A model generated the notes under the pieces. That model was given only the letters and a program-made list of their open reading frames with translations, was not told the DNA's origin and did no database searches. From Oscillospiraceae bacterium (GTDB lineage Bacteria; Bacillota; Clostridia; Oscillospirales; CAG-272), in the NCBI GenBank assembly GCA_015064205.1, contig SVSR01000003.1, positions 33,194 through 97,193 of the forward strand: DNA of 64,000 nt, read 5' to 3'. Numbering within the stretch: the stretch's first letter is position 1; every line of letters begins with the position of its first letter. A program made the position numbers and the translations under genes. Positions 19,027 through 28,043 of the stretch are shown one piece after another.

Positions 19027-19055
19027 ATTATAAATACAACATAAAACAAAATCAA
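19027..19055 (-). promoter_or_regulatory. sigma-A type promoter for paralog 2 (TTGATT-17-TATAAT)
   Basis: Hexamers on the minus strand with 17-nt spacing. Confidence 0.45.
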
Positions 19056-19065
19056 GCGTATTCTA

Positions 19066-19081
19066 TCGAAAAATTTTTCGA
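19066..19081. promoter_or_regulatory. perfect 16-bp palindrome TCGAAAAATTTTTCGA (candidate operator)
   Basis: Lies between the divergent promoters of paralog 2 and the LacI-family gene. Confidence 0.3.
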
Positions 19082-19098
19082 ATTTATTTTGTAAACTG

Positions 19099-19127
19099 TT
19101 GAATTTGGCATTTTTGTATTGTATAAT
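19099..19127 (+). promoter_or_regulatory. sigma-A type promoter for the LacI-family gene (TTGAAT-17-TATAAT)
   Basis: The ORF-track TTG start at 19127 lies inside this -10 box, so the true start must be downstream. Confidence 0.5.
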
Positions 19128-19150
19128 TGAGCCAAAGGGGGATGAGTGAT

Positions 19151-20113
19151 ATGACAATGTCTAAGCTGGCTTCGCTTGCTCACGTTTCGGTATCAACGGT
19201 ATCAAAGGCTTTTTCGATGAGCCCTGAAGTAAACGCCGAAACCCGGGAAATGATATTTGATATAGCAAAAAAGTACGGTTGCTTCAAAAAATACTATACC
19301 GAAAAATATCCGAAATTCGTTATCGCTGTAATCTGCCCCGAATTCAGAAGCCGTTATTATTCCGCCTGCCTGTCTCTTTTACAGAAAAAGCTTGCAATAT
19401 ACAACTGTGACGTTTGCGTTGCCGCAACCGAATTTTCGATCCAAAATAAAGAATCTCTCTTAAACTATTACGAAAAATTCACAGACGTTGACGGCCTTAT
19501 TATGATAGACTTTTGGTATGAAAGCAAAGAAGATTTTACGCTTCCCGTTGTTGCGATATCCTCAAGTGTAATTAACAAAAGCTGCGTGCAAATTAGGCGC
19601 GATATCAGTACGCCTGTACGCAAGGCTATAGAATATCTTATCAGCAAAAACGTAACTGACATCGGATATATAGGCGAAACCCATACATACGGTGCATACC
19701 GGGCATTTGAAGAAGTCGTTCTCGAAAAACTCGGTAAAATTGATCCTGACTATATAAAAATTGTCAACAAGCGTTTTGAAGAAGGCGGATATCTCGCTAT
19801 GCAAAGCATGTTTGATTCAAAGCACGTTCCGAGAGCCATTCTCTGCGCATACGACAACATGGCCATCGGCGCTATGAAATGCATACGTGAAAACGGACTA
19901 AGCATACCTGATGACATAGCCATTATGGGTGCAAACGATATCCCCGAAGCTGAATTTTTTAATCCGCCGCTTTCCTCTATCGATCCTCATACTGACGAAA
20001 TATGTACGGCGGCTGTTGAAGCGATGATAGGTAAGCTTTCAGGCAAAGAAGTAAAAAGTGAAATTGAGATCGTGCAAACGCTTCGTCTCAGAAAATCAAT
20101 GGAAATAAAGTAA
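19151..20113 (+). CDS. LacI family transcriptional regulator
   Basis: HTH MSKLASLAHVSVSTVSKAF plus a periplasmic-binding-fold C-terminus. Start placed at the ATG 9 nt after GGGGG (19142 and 19157 are alternatives). Confidence 0.85.
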   Translation: MTMSKLASLAHVSVSTVSKAFSMSPEVNAETREMIFDIAKKYGCFKKYYTEKYPKFVIAVICPEFRSRYYSACLSLLQKKLAIYNCDVCVAATEFSIQNKESLLNYYEKFTDVDGLIMIDFWYESKEDFTLPVVAISSSVINKSCVQIRRDISTPVRKAIEYLISKNVTDIGYIGETHTYGAYRAFEEVVLEKLGKIDPDYIKIVNKRFEEGGYLAMQSMFDSKHVPRAILCAYDNMAIGAMKCIRENGLSIPDDIAIMGANDIPEAEFFNPPLSSIDPHTDEICTAAVEAMIGKLSGKEVKSEIEIVQTLRLRKSMEIK

Positions 20114-20116
20114 AAA

Positions 20117-20165
20117 AAGACCGCTTTGAAGTGAACCCCATTTAGTTCGCTTTTGCGGTCTTTTT
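20117..20165 (+). terminator. Rho-independent terminator
   Basis: AAGACCGC...GCGGTCTTTTT. Confidence 0.6.
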
Positions 20166-20195
20166 GTATTGTGTTGAAAACTTATCACGAAGTAT

Positions 20196-20564
20196 TTATT
20201 CCACTTTAGACTCTTCTTCCTTGCTCTCCATTTTTATTTCCCAATGAATAAGCAGAGCAAGCAGTGCGCGGATTGCAATAACTATTGCCAGAATAGCCAG
20301 CTCTTTCAGATCGCGGATTATAACCGTATTGATGATCTCAGCGCCCATTTTGAATTCAAGAGCAAAAGCAAGCGTTCTTCCGAGAGTGATAACAATGTTG
20401 GAAGGCTTTTTGTTTTTCGGTCTTATGATCGTAAGCACAAGCGCTTTAAGCGATCCAACGATTATTATTGTAATACCTATAAGTTCAAGTAAATAAACTG
20501 TCAGTTCTGCAAACAAGTGCAAAAAGTCTTTAAAATTGACAATAAGCTCAGCGAATGTAAGCAT
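20196..20564 (-). CDS. small membrane protein (DUF1622-like)
   Basis: 122 aa, 3-4 TM segments, with an LGRTLAFALEFKMGAEIINTV segment. The family name is recalled, not verified. Confidence 0.5.
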   Translation of the reverse strand: MLTFAELIVNFKDFLHLFAELTVYLLELIGITIIIVGSLKALVLTIIRPKNKKPSNIVITLGRTLAFALEFKMGAEIINTVIIRDLKELAILAIVIAIRALLALLIHWEIKMESKEEESKVE

Positions 20565-20720
20565 ATTTACAGCATCTCACTTTCTTATGTAGATTCGTTT
20601 ATTATTGTATCATAAAATTTATTATTTTTCAACCCTTGCAATAAAATGATTTTAATCTTCAAGCACAGTTAATTTCCGAACTTACTCCAACAAAAAAAGA
20701 CCGCTTTAGCGATCTCTTTT

Positions 20721-20796
20721 TGGCTGGAGTAGTTGGATTCGAACCAACGAGATGCCAGAGTCAAAGTCTGGTGCCTTACCGCTTGGCTATACCCCA
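20721..20796 (-). tRNA. tRNA-Gln (anticodon UUG)
   Basis: 76-nt cloverleaf. U1:A72 acceptor, anticodon loop CUUUGAC, T arm GTTGG-TTCGAAT-CCAAC, encoded CCA. Confidence 0.9.
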
Positions 20797-20826
20797 TAAT
20801 TAAAACAGCGCTTTTGCGCTGAGGCT

Positions 20827-20856
20827 ATTTTACCATATTGTTCCCCTCTTTGTCAA
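20827..20856 (-). promoter_or_regulatory. promoter for tRNA-Gln (TTGACA-18-TAAAAT with upstream TG)
   Basis: Consensus -35 on the minus strand. A 6-bp hairpin (20806-20821) sits between the -10 box and the tRNA 5' end. Confidence 0.5.
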
Positions 20857-20864
20857 TACAAAAT

Positions 20865-20911
20865 CGCACAAATTAGTGCGGCAAAAAATTTTTAGCGCAC
20901 ATATTTGTGCG
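20865..20911. promoter_or_regulatory. two related palindromes, CGCAC-N6-GTGCG and CGCACA-N4-TGTGCG (candidate operators)
   Basis: Located at 20865-20880 and 20896-20911, in the divergent region between tRNA-Gln and the small XRE gene. Confidence 0.35.
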
Positions 20912-20990
20912 TTTTCCAACACTTCTTCAAAAAACCATGTATAATAGACATGATGAGCTCATTCGAATCAAAAAACTTAAGGAGTACAAA

Positions 20991-21239
20991 ATGAACTTCG
21001 ATACCGAAATACATATTATGTGTGAAAATATAAAAAGACTAAGAATAATTTCACATTTATCCAAAAAAGAAATGGCAAACAAACTAAAAATATCTGTCAA
21101 AGCTCTAACATTCATTGAAAACGGTATCTTGCCGGAGAGACTAAGCTGTACTATTCTTTTTAACATCTATCGTAATTTTGGTATACATCCTAAAGACATA
21201 TTATCTAAAATAATAAGTCTGGATGGATATATCAAATAA
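20991..21239 (+). CDS. small XRE-family HTH protein
   Basis: 82 aa from the ATG preceded by an AAGGAG RBS. HTH LSKKEMANKLKISVKALTFIENG. Confidence 0.65.
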   Translation: MNFDTEIHIMCENIKRLRIISHLSKKEMANKLKISVKALTFIENGILPERLSCTILFNIYRNFGIHPKDILSKIISLDGYIK

Positions 21240-21358
21240 TATTAACTGCAACTCTTGTTGTAATAAATTTTAAAATGAGGTGATTTTATATGAAGTAAAA
21301 ATATAAAGTATAATAAATCAAAAAGTGTTTCCCCTCGATTTGCTGCCACACAAGTACA

Positions 21359-21389
21359 AAGAAGCCACCCAAATAATGGGTGGCTTCTG
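21359..21389. terminator. terminator hairpin between convergent genes
   Basis: AGAAGCCACCC-AAATAAT-GGGTGGCTTCT. Confidence 0.6.
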
Positions 21390-21414
21390 CCGTTTATTGT
21401 GTAACAATTTTTTC

Positions 21415-22818
21415 TTATGCTCGTTCCTTATCCATAAGCTTTCTGCCCATGAGTACACCCATGGCTGACGCCATCATAAGTCCTCTCGTCCAACCCGACG
21501 AGTCGCCGAGGCAATGAAGTCCTTCAACGCTCGTGTTAAGGTCTGTGTCCGTTTTTACTCTGTTACTGTAGAATTTGAGTTCAGGTGAATAAAGAAGCGT
21601 TTCTTCCGAAGCAAAGCCCGGCACTACGTTGTCTACCGCCTGAATAAAGTTTATTATATTCATCATAGCGCGGTACGGCATCGCCGCAGTTATATCTCCT
21701 GCAACTGCATCGGGGATCGTCGGCTTAACGTTTGAAAATGCAAGCTCCTTCTGCCATGTGCGCTTACCGTCGAGTATATCTCCATAACGCTGTACGAGTA
21801 TATGTCCCGTTCCGAGCATATTGGTAAGCTCGCCAACCTTACGTGCGTATTCGATAGGCTGATCGAACGGCTCGCTGAAGTTATGAGACACGAGTATCGC
21901 AAGGTTAGTGTTCGGGCTCTTGAGCTCCTTATACGAGTGACCGTTTACTACGGCAAGTCCGTTATCGTAATTCTCCTGTGCAACAAATCCGCCGGGATTC
22001 TGACAAAACGTTCTTACCTTATTCTTGAAAGGCTTTGGCCATCCGATAAGCTTTGATTCATACAAAACCTCGTTTACCTTTTCCATTACCTCGTTGCGCA
22101 CCTCTACGCGCACGCCGATATCGACCGTACCCGGCTGATGCTCTACTCCGTGCTCTGTGCAAAGCTTTTCAAGCCATTCTGCTCCGCGTCTGCCCGTGGC
22201 AACAATAGTTGTATCTGCCTCTATATCGTACGTGTTGTTTTTCTCTGTAATGCTGACGCCGTAGCATTTACCGTTTTTGATGTTGAGCGTATTGCACTCG
22301 CAACCGAACTTTATCTCAACTCCGTTGTCTATAAGGTATCTTTCAAGCTTATAGTATATTTCCTGTGCCTTTTCCGTACCGAGATGGCGTATCGGGCAGT
22401 CTACAAGCTTAAGGCCTGCCTGAATAGCGCGCTTGCGTATTTCCTTTACTTCTTCCGCATTACTGATACCCTCTATTTTAGAGTCCGCACCAAATTCAAG
22501 ATAGATCTTATCGGTATAATCTATAAGCTCAACAACAACGTCCTCGCCGACAAGCTTGGGAAGGTCTCCGCCAACCTCGGGAGAAAGCGAAAGCTTACCG
22601 TCCGAAAATGCGCCCGCGCCCGAAAAGCCTGTGGTTATATGGCAGTACGGCTTGCAGTTAACGCATCTCTGCGTTTCCTTTTTTGGGCATCGGCGCTTTT
22701 CAATCGGCGCGCCCTTTTCAACGATGATTATATTCTTTTTTGTGCCTTGTCTTATCATTTCAATTGCCGTAAAAATACCGGCAGGACCAGCGCCGATTAT
22801 AACAACGTCGGTTTTCAT
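21415..22818 (-). CDS. FAD-dependent oxidoreductase (COG2509-like)
   Basis: 467 aa. Dinucleotide-binding VVIIGAGPAGIF at the N-terminus and a CxxC..C cluster (CPKKETQRCVNCKPYC). Confidence 0.75.
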   Translation of the reverse strand: MKTDVVIIGAGPAGIFTAIEMIRQGTKKNIIIVEKGAPIEKRRCPKKETQRCVNCKPYCHITTGFSGAGAFSDGKLSLSPEVGGDLPKLVGEDVVVELIDYTDKIYLEFGADSKIEGISNAEEVKEIRKRAIQAGLKLVDCPIRHLGTEKAQEIYYKLERYLIDNGVEIKFGCECNTLNIKNGKCYGVSITEKNNTYDIEADTTIVATGRRGAEWLEKLCTEHGVEHQPGTVDIGVRVEVRNEVMEKVNEVLYESKLIGWPKPFKNKVRTFCQNPGGFVAQENYDNGLAVVNGHSYKELKSPNTNLAILVSHNFSEPFDQPIEYARKVGELTNMLGTGHILVQRYGDILDGKRTWQKELAFSNVKPTIPDAVAGDITAAMPYRAMMNIINFIQAVDNVVPGFASEETLLYSPELKFYSNRVKTDTDLNTSVEGLHCLGDSSGWTRGLMMASAMGVLMGRKLMDKERA

Positions 22819-22905
22819 TTTTTATATCCTCCATGAGTATAGCTTTTGGTATACTTTAACACAAGAAAACCCTGCGCACGTATCTGCGGCAGGTTCCCTT
22901 TTATA

Positions 22906-22934
22906 ATTATAAACTTAACTGCCCGATTTGTCAA
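22906..22934 (-). promoter_or_regulatory. consensus sigma-A promoter (TTGACA-17-TATAAT) for the oxidoreductase gene
   Basis: Perfect hexamers on the minus strand. The ~85-nt leader begins with a GC-rich hairpin. Confidence 0.55.
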
Positions 22935-22996
22935 TAGCGCACTATTTCACTTTCTCCGTTTTTGTTACATTTATTGATAAAAATATCTCCTACCTA

Positions 22997-23025
22997 TTGA
23001 CAAAGGGGTATGTATTTATTATAAT
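22997..23025 (+). promoter_or_regulatory. consensus sigma-A promoter (TTGACA-17-TATAAT) for potABCD
   Basis: Perfect hexamers, about 300 nt upstream of the potA start. Confidence 0.55.
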
Positions 23026-23031
23026 GTAATC

Positions 23032-23332
23032 ATTAGGGGTCAGACGGCTCCGATTTTATTATTTTAGCACGATTTTTGCATCTGTGCCAACATTCTCAAG
23101 GAAAGCAAAGTTTCTTTGGGATATATCATCGTTTAAAATTAAATAGATGTACACTTACGGCAGTTCTTAACAAGAACCGTGACGTTTTGTCTGTGAGATC
23201 GCATGCTGCAGTCTGCGCCTTTTGCGGATTTGTAACAAACTCTTTGCGGGGGCTGTGATCAGCCGTAGGTGGGGTTCGCGCAGAGCTGTATACGGCTGTA
23301 CGCGGCTCTAGCCGCAAAGGGGGATGCAAAAA
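23032..23332 (+). promoter_or_regulatory. long structured 5' leader of potABCD (unclassified)
   Basis: 8-bp stem CAGCCGTA/TACGGCTG (23260-23298). CTGCGC/GCGCAG long-range pair. CTTTGCGG (23243-23250) is complementary to CCGCAAAG (23311-23318), which abuts the GGGGG Shine-Dalgarno sequence. Confidence 0.4.
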
Positions 23333-24481
23333 ATGGATAAGAATATCATTGATCTTAAGAATATCACTGTCGCATTCGACGGTGAAACCGTACTTGATGA
23401 TCTTTCTCTTTCTATACGTGACGGGGAATTTGTAACTTTACTCGGCTCGTCGGGATGCGGAAAGACCACAACTCTCAGAATTATCGCCGGTTTCATCGAA
23501 CCTGATGCGGGCAGTGTTTTTTTTGACGGATTACTTGTTAACGGTATTCCGCCGTATAAAAGACCCGTTAATACGATATTCCAGAAATACGCGCTCTTTC
23601 CGAATCTTAACGTTTATGATAATATCGCTTTCGGACTCAGAGTAAGCAAAACGCCAGAAAAGGAGATACGAGAGAGAGTAAGCGAGATGCTTGCGCTTGT
23701 CGGTCTCAAAGGCTTTGAGAAAAAGAACATAGCATATCTTTCGGGCGGTCAGCAGCAGCGTGTTGCAATAGCGCGCGCCGTTATAAACAGACCTAAGGTT
23801 CTGCTTCTGGACGAGCCGCTTGCGGCGCTTGACGCAAAGCTCAGAAAAGACATGCAAAACGAACTTAAAAAGATACAGAGAGAACTCGGTATCACCTTTA
23901 TTTTCGTAACGCACGATCAGGAAGAGGCCCTCTCTATGTCTGACACCGTCGTTGTTATGAACGAGGGTAAGATACAGCAGGTGGGAACGCCTATCGACAT
24001 ATATAACGAGCCGCAGAATGCATTCGTTGCAGACTTTATCGGCGAATCGAACATAGTTGACGGCGTTATGCTTGAAGACTTCAAGGTAAAGCTTGGCGGA
24101 AGAATATTTGAATGTTTAGACCGCGGCTTTGATAAAAACGAGCCTGTTGACGTTGTAATTCGTCCTGAGGACGTGGACATAGTACCGCTTGAAAACGGCA
24201 TGATCGCCGGAACTATCACGTCGGTTACGTTCAGGGGCGTGCATTTTGAATTTATTATAGACGTATGCGGCTTCAAGTGGATGATACAGACCACCGACTA
24301 TCACGAGGTTGGCGAGAACGTTGGACTTTACATTGAGCCTGACGCAATTCATATAATGAAAAAATCCAAGTATTCGGGTATGTTTGGCGACTACAGCTCG
24401 TTCAGCGACGAAATGGACAATATAAGCAACCCCGACTTTGAGGAGGGACAGTCTGCTGATAAGGAGGTAGACCCCTCTTGA
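23333..24481 (+). CDS. potA: spermidine/putrescine ABC transporter ATP-binding protein
   Basis: Walker [31 protein letters not shown] and a TOBE-like C-terminus. Start chosen 9 nt after the GGGGG RBS. Confidence 0.9.
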   Translation: MDKNIIDLKNITVAFDGETVLDDLSLSIRDGEFVTLLGSSGCGKTTTLRIIAGFIEPDAGSVFFDGLLVNGIPPYKRPVNTIFQKYALFPNLNVYDNIAFGLRVSKTPEKEIRERVSEMLALVGLKGFEKKNIAYLSGGQQQRVAIARAVINRPKVLLLDEPLAALDAKLRKDMQNELKKIQRELGITFIFVTHDQEEALSMSDTVVVMNEGKIQQVGTPIDIYNEPQNAFVADFIGESNIVDGVMLEDFKVKLGGRIFECLDRGFDKNEPVDVVIRPEDVDIVPLENGMIAGTITSVTFRGVHFEFIIDVCGFKWMIQTTDYHEVGENVGLYIEPDAIHIMKKSKYSGMFGDYSSFSDEMDNISNPDFEEGQSADKEVDPS

Positions 24482-25293
24482 AAAGAAAAGGCACGACTGC
24501 GCTTTTAAACACTCCCTACGCCGTATGGTCAACTATATTTATAGTTGTACCGCTTTTCATAGTAATGTACTATGCATTTACGGATAATAACGGAGCGTTT
24601 ACGCTTGAAAACATAAAGAATCTGGGTAATTATACCGATATATTCACAATATCGATATTATACTCGCTTATCGCAACGCTTATCACGATAATCATAGCTT
24701 ATCCGTTTGCGTATGCTATGACAAAAAAGAGTGTATCATCTCAGAAAATGCAGATGATGCTCATAATGCTTCCCATGTGGATGAATCTGCTTATACGTAC
24801 GTATTCATGGCTCAACATTTTAGAGAGAAACGGACTTATCAATAATTTCCTCGGTCTTTTCGGGTTAGAGCCGCTTAAGATGATAGGCACTCCGGGAGCG
24901 GTTATTCTCGGTATGGTATACAACTACCTGCCCTATATGATACTCCCGATATATACAGTGCTTTCAAAAATAGATCCCACGCTTCTTGAAGCTGCTGAGG
25001 ACCTTGGCTGCTCGTCTTTTCAGAAGATGATACGCCTTATAATACCTATGAGTATGCCGGGCGTTGTTTCGGGCATCGCTATGGTATTCGTCCCCTCTGT
25101 TTCCACCTTCTATATTTCGCAGAAGCTCGGCGACGGCAAGGTAATGCTTATCGGAGACGTTATTGAACGCCAGATACAGATGAATCACTATGATGTTGGA
25201 GCGTCAATATCCCTCGTGCTTATGGTTATGATACTTATAAGCATGGCGATAATGAACCGCTTCTCAGATGCCGACGGAGGTGTTGTGGTATGA
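24478..25293 (+). CDS. potB: spermidine/putrescine ABC transporter permease
   Basis: 271 aa. EAAEDLG motif. 4-nt overlap with potA. Confidence 0.9.
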   Translation: MKRKGTTALLNTPYAVWSTIFIVVPLFIVMYYAFTDNNGAFTLENIKNLGNYTDIFTISILYSLIATLITIIIAYPFAYAMTKKSVSSQKMQMMLIMLPMWMNLLIRTYSWLNILERNGLINNFLGLFGLEPLKMIGTPGAVILGMVYNYLPYMILPIYTVLSKIDPTLLEAAEDLGCSSFQKMIRLIIPMSMPGVVSGIAMVFVPSVSTFYISQKLGDGKVMLIGDVIERQIQMNHYDVGASISLVLMVMILISMAIMNRFSDADGGVVV

Positions 25294-26102
25294 AAAAGAA
25301 ATCCTCCCCTCTGTATAACGTGATACTTGCGCTTGTATATATTTTTATGTACGCGCCCCTGCTCGTTATGGTATTTTTCTCATTCAACGAGTCAAAAAGC
25401 ACGTCTGTATTCACAGGCTTTTCATTCAAATGGTATGTTGAGCTTTTTTCAAACAGCGATATTATGGAAGCGCTTCGCAACACGCTTGTGCTTGCCGTGC
25501 TCTCCTCTCTTATCGCAACGGTTATCGGCACTATCGCCGCTTACGGTATATACCGCACGAGAAACAACTTTGTTTCAAGCTCGTTTATGACTGTAACGAA
25601 CATACCGATGATGAACCCCGACATTGTAACGGGTGTTTCGCTTATGCTTTTGTTCGTATTCGTCGGCAGGCTTATCGGCGCAAATACCTCGCTTAACTTT
25701 TTTACCCTGCTTATAGCGCACATAACGTTTAACATACCGTACGTTATTCTCAACGTACTGCCAAAGCTTCGTCAGACCGACGTGCGTCTGTATGAAGCCG
25801 CGCTCGATCTTGGCTGCACTCCGAGGCAGGCATTTTTCAATGTTATGATGCCGGCAATAAACCCCGGTATAGTTTCAGGACTTCTGATGTCCTTTACATT
25901 GTCTCTTGACGATTTCGTTATAAGCTACTACACAAGCTCAGGATTCCAGACGCTCCCGATCAAGATATTCTCAATGACAAAAAGAATCGTAAAGCCTGAT
26001 ATGTATGCGCTCTCAAGCATAATTTTCGTTACTATATTACTGCTTCTTATAACAATTAACATTCTTCAGATGAAAGGCGAGGCAAAGCCCGCAAAAAAGT
26101 AA
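25290..26102 (+). CDS. potC: spermidine/putrescine ABC transporter permease
   Basis: 270 aa. EAALDLG motif. 4-nt overlap with potB. Confidence 0.9.
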   Translation: MKKKSSPLYNVILALVYIFMYAPLLVMVFFSFNESKSTSVFTGFSFKWYVELFSNSDIMEALRNTLVLAVLSSLIATVIGTIAAYGIYRTRNNFVSSSFMTVTNIPMMNPDIVTGVSLMLLFVFVGRLIGANTSLNFFTLLIAHITFNIPYVILNVLPKLRQTDVRLYEAALDLGCTPRQAFFNVMMPAINPGIVSGLLMSFTLSLDDFVISYYTSSGFQTLPIKIFSMTKRIVKPDMYALSSIIFVTILLLLITINILQMKGEAKPAKK

Positions 26103-26128
26103 TCGCAAAAACAGAAAGGAAATAATAA

Positions 26129-27241
26129 ATGAAAAATACTCTCAGATCTATATCTCTTATACTCGTTCTTATAATGACTGTACTTTCGGCATGCTCATGT
26201 TCAGATACAAGCGAGCCGTCATTCACACCTGTCGGCGAGTACTCACGCGAGCTTGAAGGAACTGTTCTCAACGTATTCAACTGGGGAGAATATATCTCAG
26301 ACGGAAGCGAAGGTTCGCTTGACGTTAACCGCGAGTTTGAAAAGCTTACCGGTATCAAGGTAAACTATGAAAACTATGATGCAAACGAATCAATGTATAC
26401 AAAGCTTAAGAGCGGCGCTGTTTCGTATGATATCATAATTCCCTCAGACTACATGATAGAGCGCCTTGCAAATGAAAACATGCTTAGGGAAATAGATTTT
26501 TCGAAGATCACAAACTATCATCTTATCGACGATAAGTATAAGGGCCTCTATTTTGATCCCGAAGAAAAGTATACCGTTCCTTATAACGTAGGTATGGTAG
26601 GTCTTATATACAATACGGAAATGGTTGAAGAAACGCCTGACAGCTGGAGCATCATGTGGGATGATAAATACAAGGACAACATCCTTATGTTCAACAACCC
26701 GCGCGACAGCTTTGCTATCGCACAGATGCTTCTCGGCATTGACCTCAATACTACCGACAAGGCTGATTGGGACGCTGCCGCAGATAAGCTTATAGAGCAG
26801 AACTCCGTTATTCAGGGCCGTGTAATGGACCAGATATTCAACAAGATGGAATCGGGTAATGCCGCTATCGGCGCGTATTACGCAGGCGACTTTTTAACTA
26901 TGCGCGACAACAACGAAGCTCTCGCTTTCGTATATCCCAAGGAAGGCGTTAATATATTCGTTGATTCTATTTGTATCCCCTCAAGCGCACAGAACTATGA
27001 AGCGGCGCTCATGTATATCAACTTCCTTCTTGAGCCTGAAATTGCACTTGCAAACGCTGAATATCTCTGCTACGCTTCTCCCAATACATCGGTTATTGAA
27101 AACGAGAACTACTCTCTTAAGGATGAAAAGATTCTTTATCCCGATGAAGAGAACATGCCCATCTGTCAGTACTTCCACGATCTTCCCGAAGATATCCGCT
27201 CTTATTATGAATCTCTTTGGGAAACTATTGTAATGTCATAA
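26129..27241 (+). CDS. potD: spermidine/putrescine-binding lipoprotein
   Basis: Lipobox LSAC. PotD-like VFNWGEYI and PSDYM motifs. Confidence 0.9.
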   Translation: MKNTLRSISLILVLIMTVLSACSCSDTSEPSFTPVGEYSRELEGTVLNVFNWGEYISDGSEGSLDVNREFEKLTGIKVNYENYDANESMYTKLKSGAVSYDIIIPSDYMIERLANENMLREIDFSKITNYHLIDDKYKGLYFDPEEKYTVPYNVGMVGLIYNTEMVEETPDSWSIMWDDKYKDNILMFNNPRDSFAIAQMLLGIDLNTTDKADWDAAADKLIEQNSVIQGRVMDQIFNKMESGNAAIGAYYAGDFLTMRDNNEALAFVYPKEGVNIFVDSICIPSSAQNYEAALMYINFLLEPEIALANAEYLCYASPNTSVIENENYSLKDEKILYPDEENMPICQYFHDLPEDIRSYYESLWETIVMS

Positions 27242-27251
27242 CTAAAAACAT

Positions 27252-27274
27252 CGGCGAGGACATTGTCCTCGCCG
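27252..27274. terminator. terminator hairpin CGGCGAGGAC-ATTG-TCCTCGCCG
   Basis: Perfect GC-rich hairpin between convergent genes. Confidence 0.7.
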
Positions 27275-27281
27275 CGCGAAA

Positions 27282-27488
27282 TTATAGCTTTTTTGATATG
27301 CTCTCATCGCATACGCTCACCCTTCTTATCACAGTATCCTCTTCAACGTATGTAAATTCAGCATCGCATTCGCCCACTACCGGCTTATAGCCGAAAAAAA
27401 GATACTGCGCTCTGGTTGGCTTTCCGATAAGACGGCTGATATTTTCCGGAGCTTTGAGAAGGTTTCCTTTAACAAGTCTGTAATACAT
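27282..27488 (-). CDS. hypothetical small protein (68 aa)
   Basis: ORF with a GGGAGAGGTGG RBS before the internal ATG (MYYRLVKG...). I recognise no family. Confidence 0.3.
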   Translation of the reverse strand: MYYRLVKGNLLKAPENISRLIGKPTRAQYLFFGYKPVVGECDAEFTYVEEDTVIRRVSVCDESISKKL

Positions 27489-27633
27489 TACCACCTCTCC
27501 CGACTGCGTCATCGGGATAAAAAAGGCGATATCCGAGATACCGCCGCAAGCACCGCTTTTTTAGCTTGCACTATTATTATACTATTCAAAATAACCGCAA
27601 TAGGTCGTAAATAATCGAAAGGCAGATTTTTTC

Positions 27634-28029
27634 ATGGAGAAAAAAGAACTTATAAAAACAGCTAAAGACGCCACGAAATCGGCATATTCGCCATATTCGC
27701 ATTTCCGCGTTGGCGCGGCGCTTCTTTGCAAAGACGGTACTGTATATACCGGATGTAATATTGAAAACTCTTCATTTGACGTAACCTGCTGTGCTGAGCG
27801 TGTTGCCTTATTCAAGGCCGTGAGTGACGGCAAAAGGTGCTTTACGGATATTGCGATCGTCGGCTCATCATCAGATGATTTTAATAAGCCGTGCTCACCG
27901 TGCGGGGTATGCAGGCAGGCGTTTAGTGAGTTTTGTGATGCGGACTTCAAGATTCATCTCTCCAACGGCGGTGAGATAATAACATACACACTAAACGATA
28001 TTCTTCCCCACAGCTTCAAACTTAATTAA
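27634..28029 (+). CDS. cdd: cytidine deaminase
   Basis: 131 aa. Zinc motifs CAERVA and PCGVCRQ. Confidence 0.9.
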   Translation: MEKKELIKTAKDATKSAYSPYSHFRVGAALLCKDGTVYTGCNIENSSFDVTCCAERVALFKAVSDGKRCFTDIAIVGSSSDDFNKPCSPCGVCRQAFSEFCDADFKIHLSNGGEIITYTLNDILPHSFKLN

Positions 28030-28043
28030 AAAGGAAACCAATT

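Noticed and set aside
20112-20707. A 16-nt direct repeat, AAAAAAAGACCGCTTT, at 20112-20127 and 20692-20707, flanking the DUF1622-like gene next to tRNA-Gln. Considered as a possible insertion footprint.
   Set aside because: Both copies are the A-run plus 5' stem of separate terminator hairpins. A single 16-nt match of this A-rich type is within chance expectation for a 64-kb window. No integrase or tRNA-derived att repeat is present.
20565-21414. An AT-rich tRNA-adjacent segment with a small XRE gene, considered as a remnant genomic island.
   Set aside because: I found no integrase, recombinase or phage gene, and no duplicate of the tRNA-Gln 3' end. A weak resemblance at 20676-20692 is in the wrong orientation.
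22138-22836. A 232-aa plus-strand ORF antisense to the FAD oxidoreductase gene. Similar long antisense ORFs occur in purD (36079-36588), purE (42561-43064), cdd (27582-27950) and ispF (3540-4040).
   Set aside because: In each case the opposite-strand gene has clear family motifs. The antisense translations are low-complexity and lack start-site signals.
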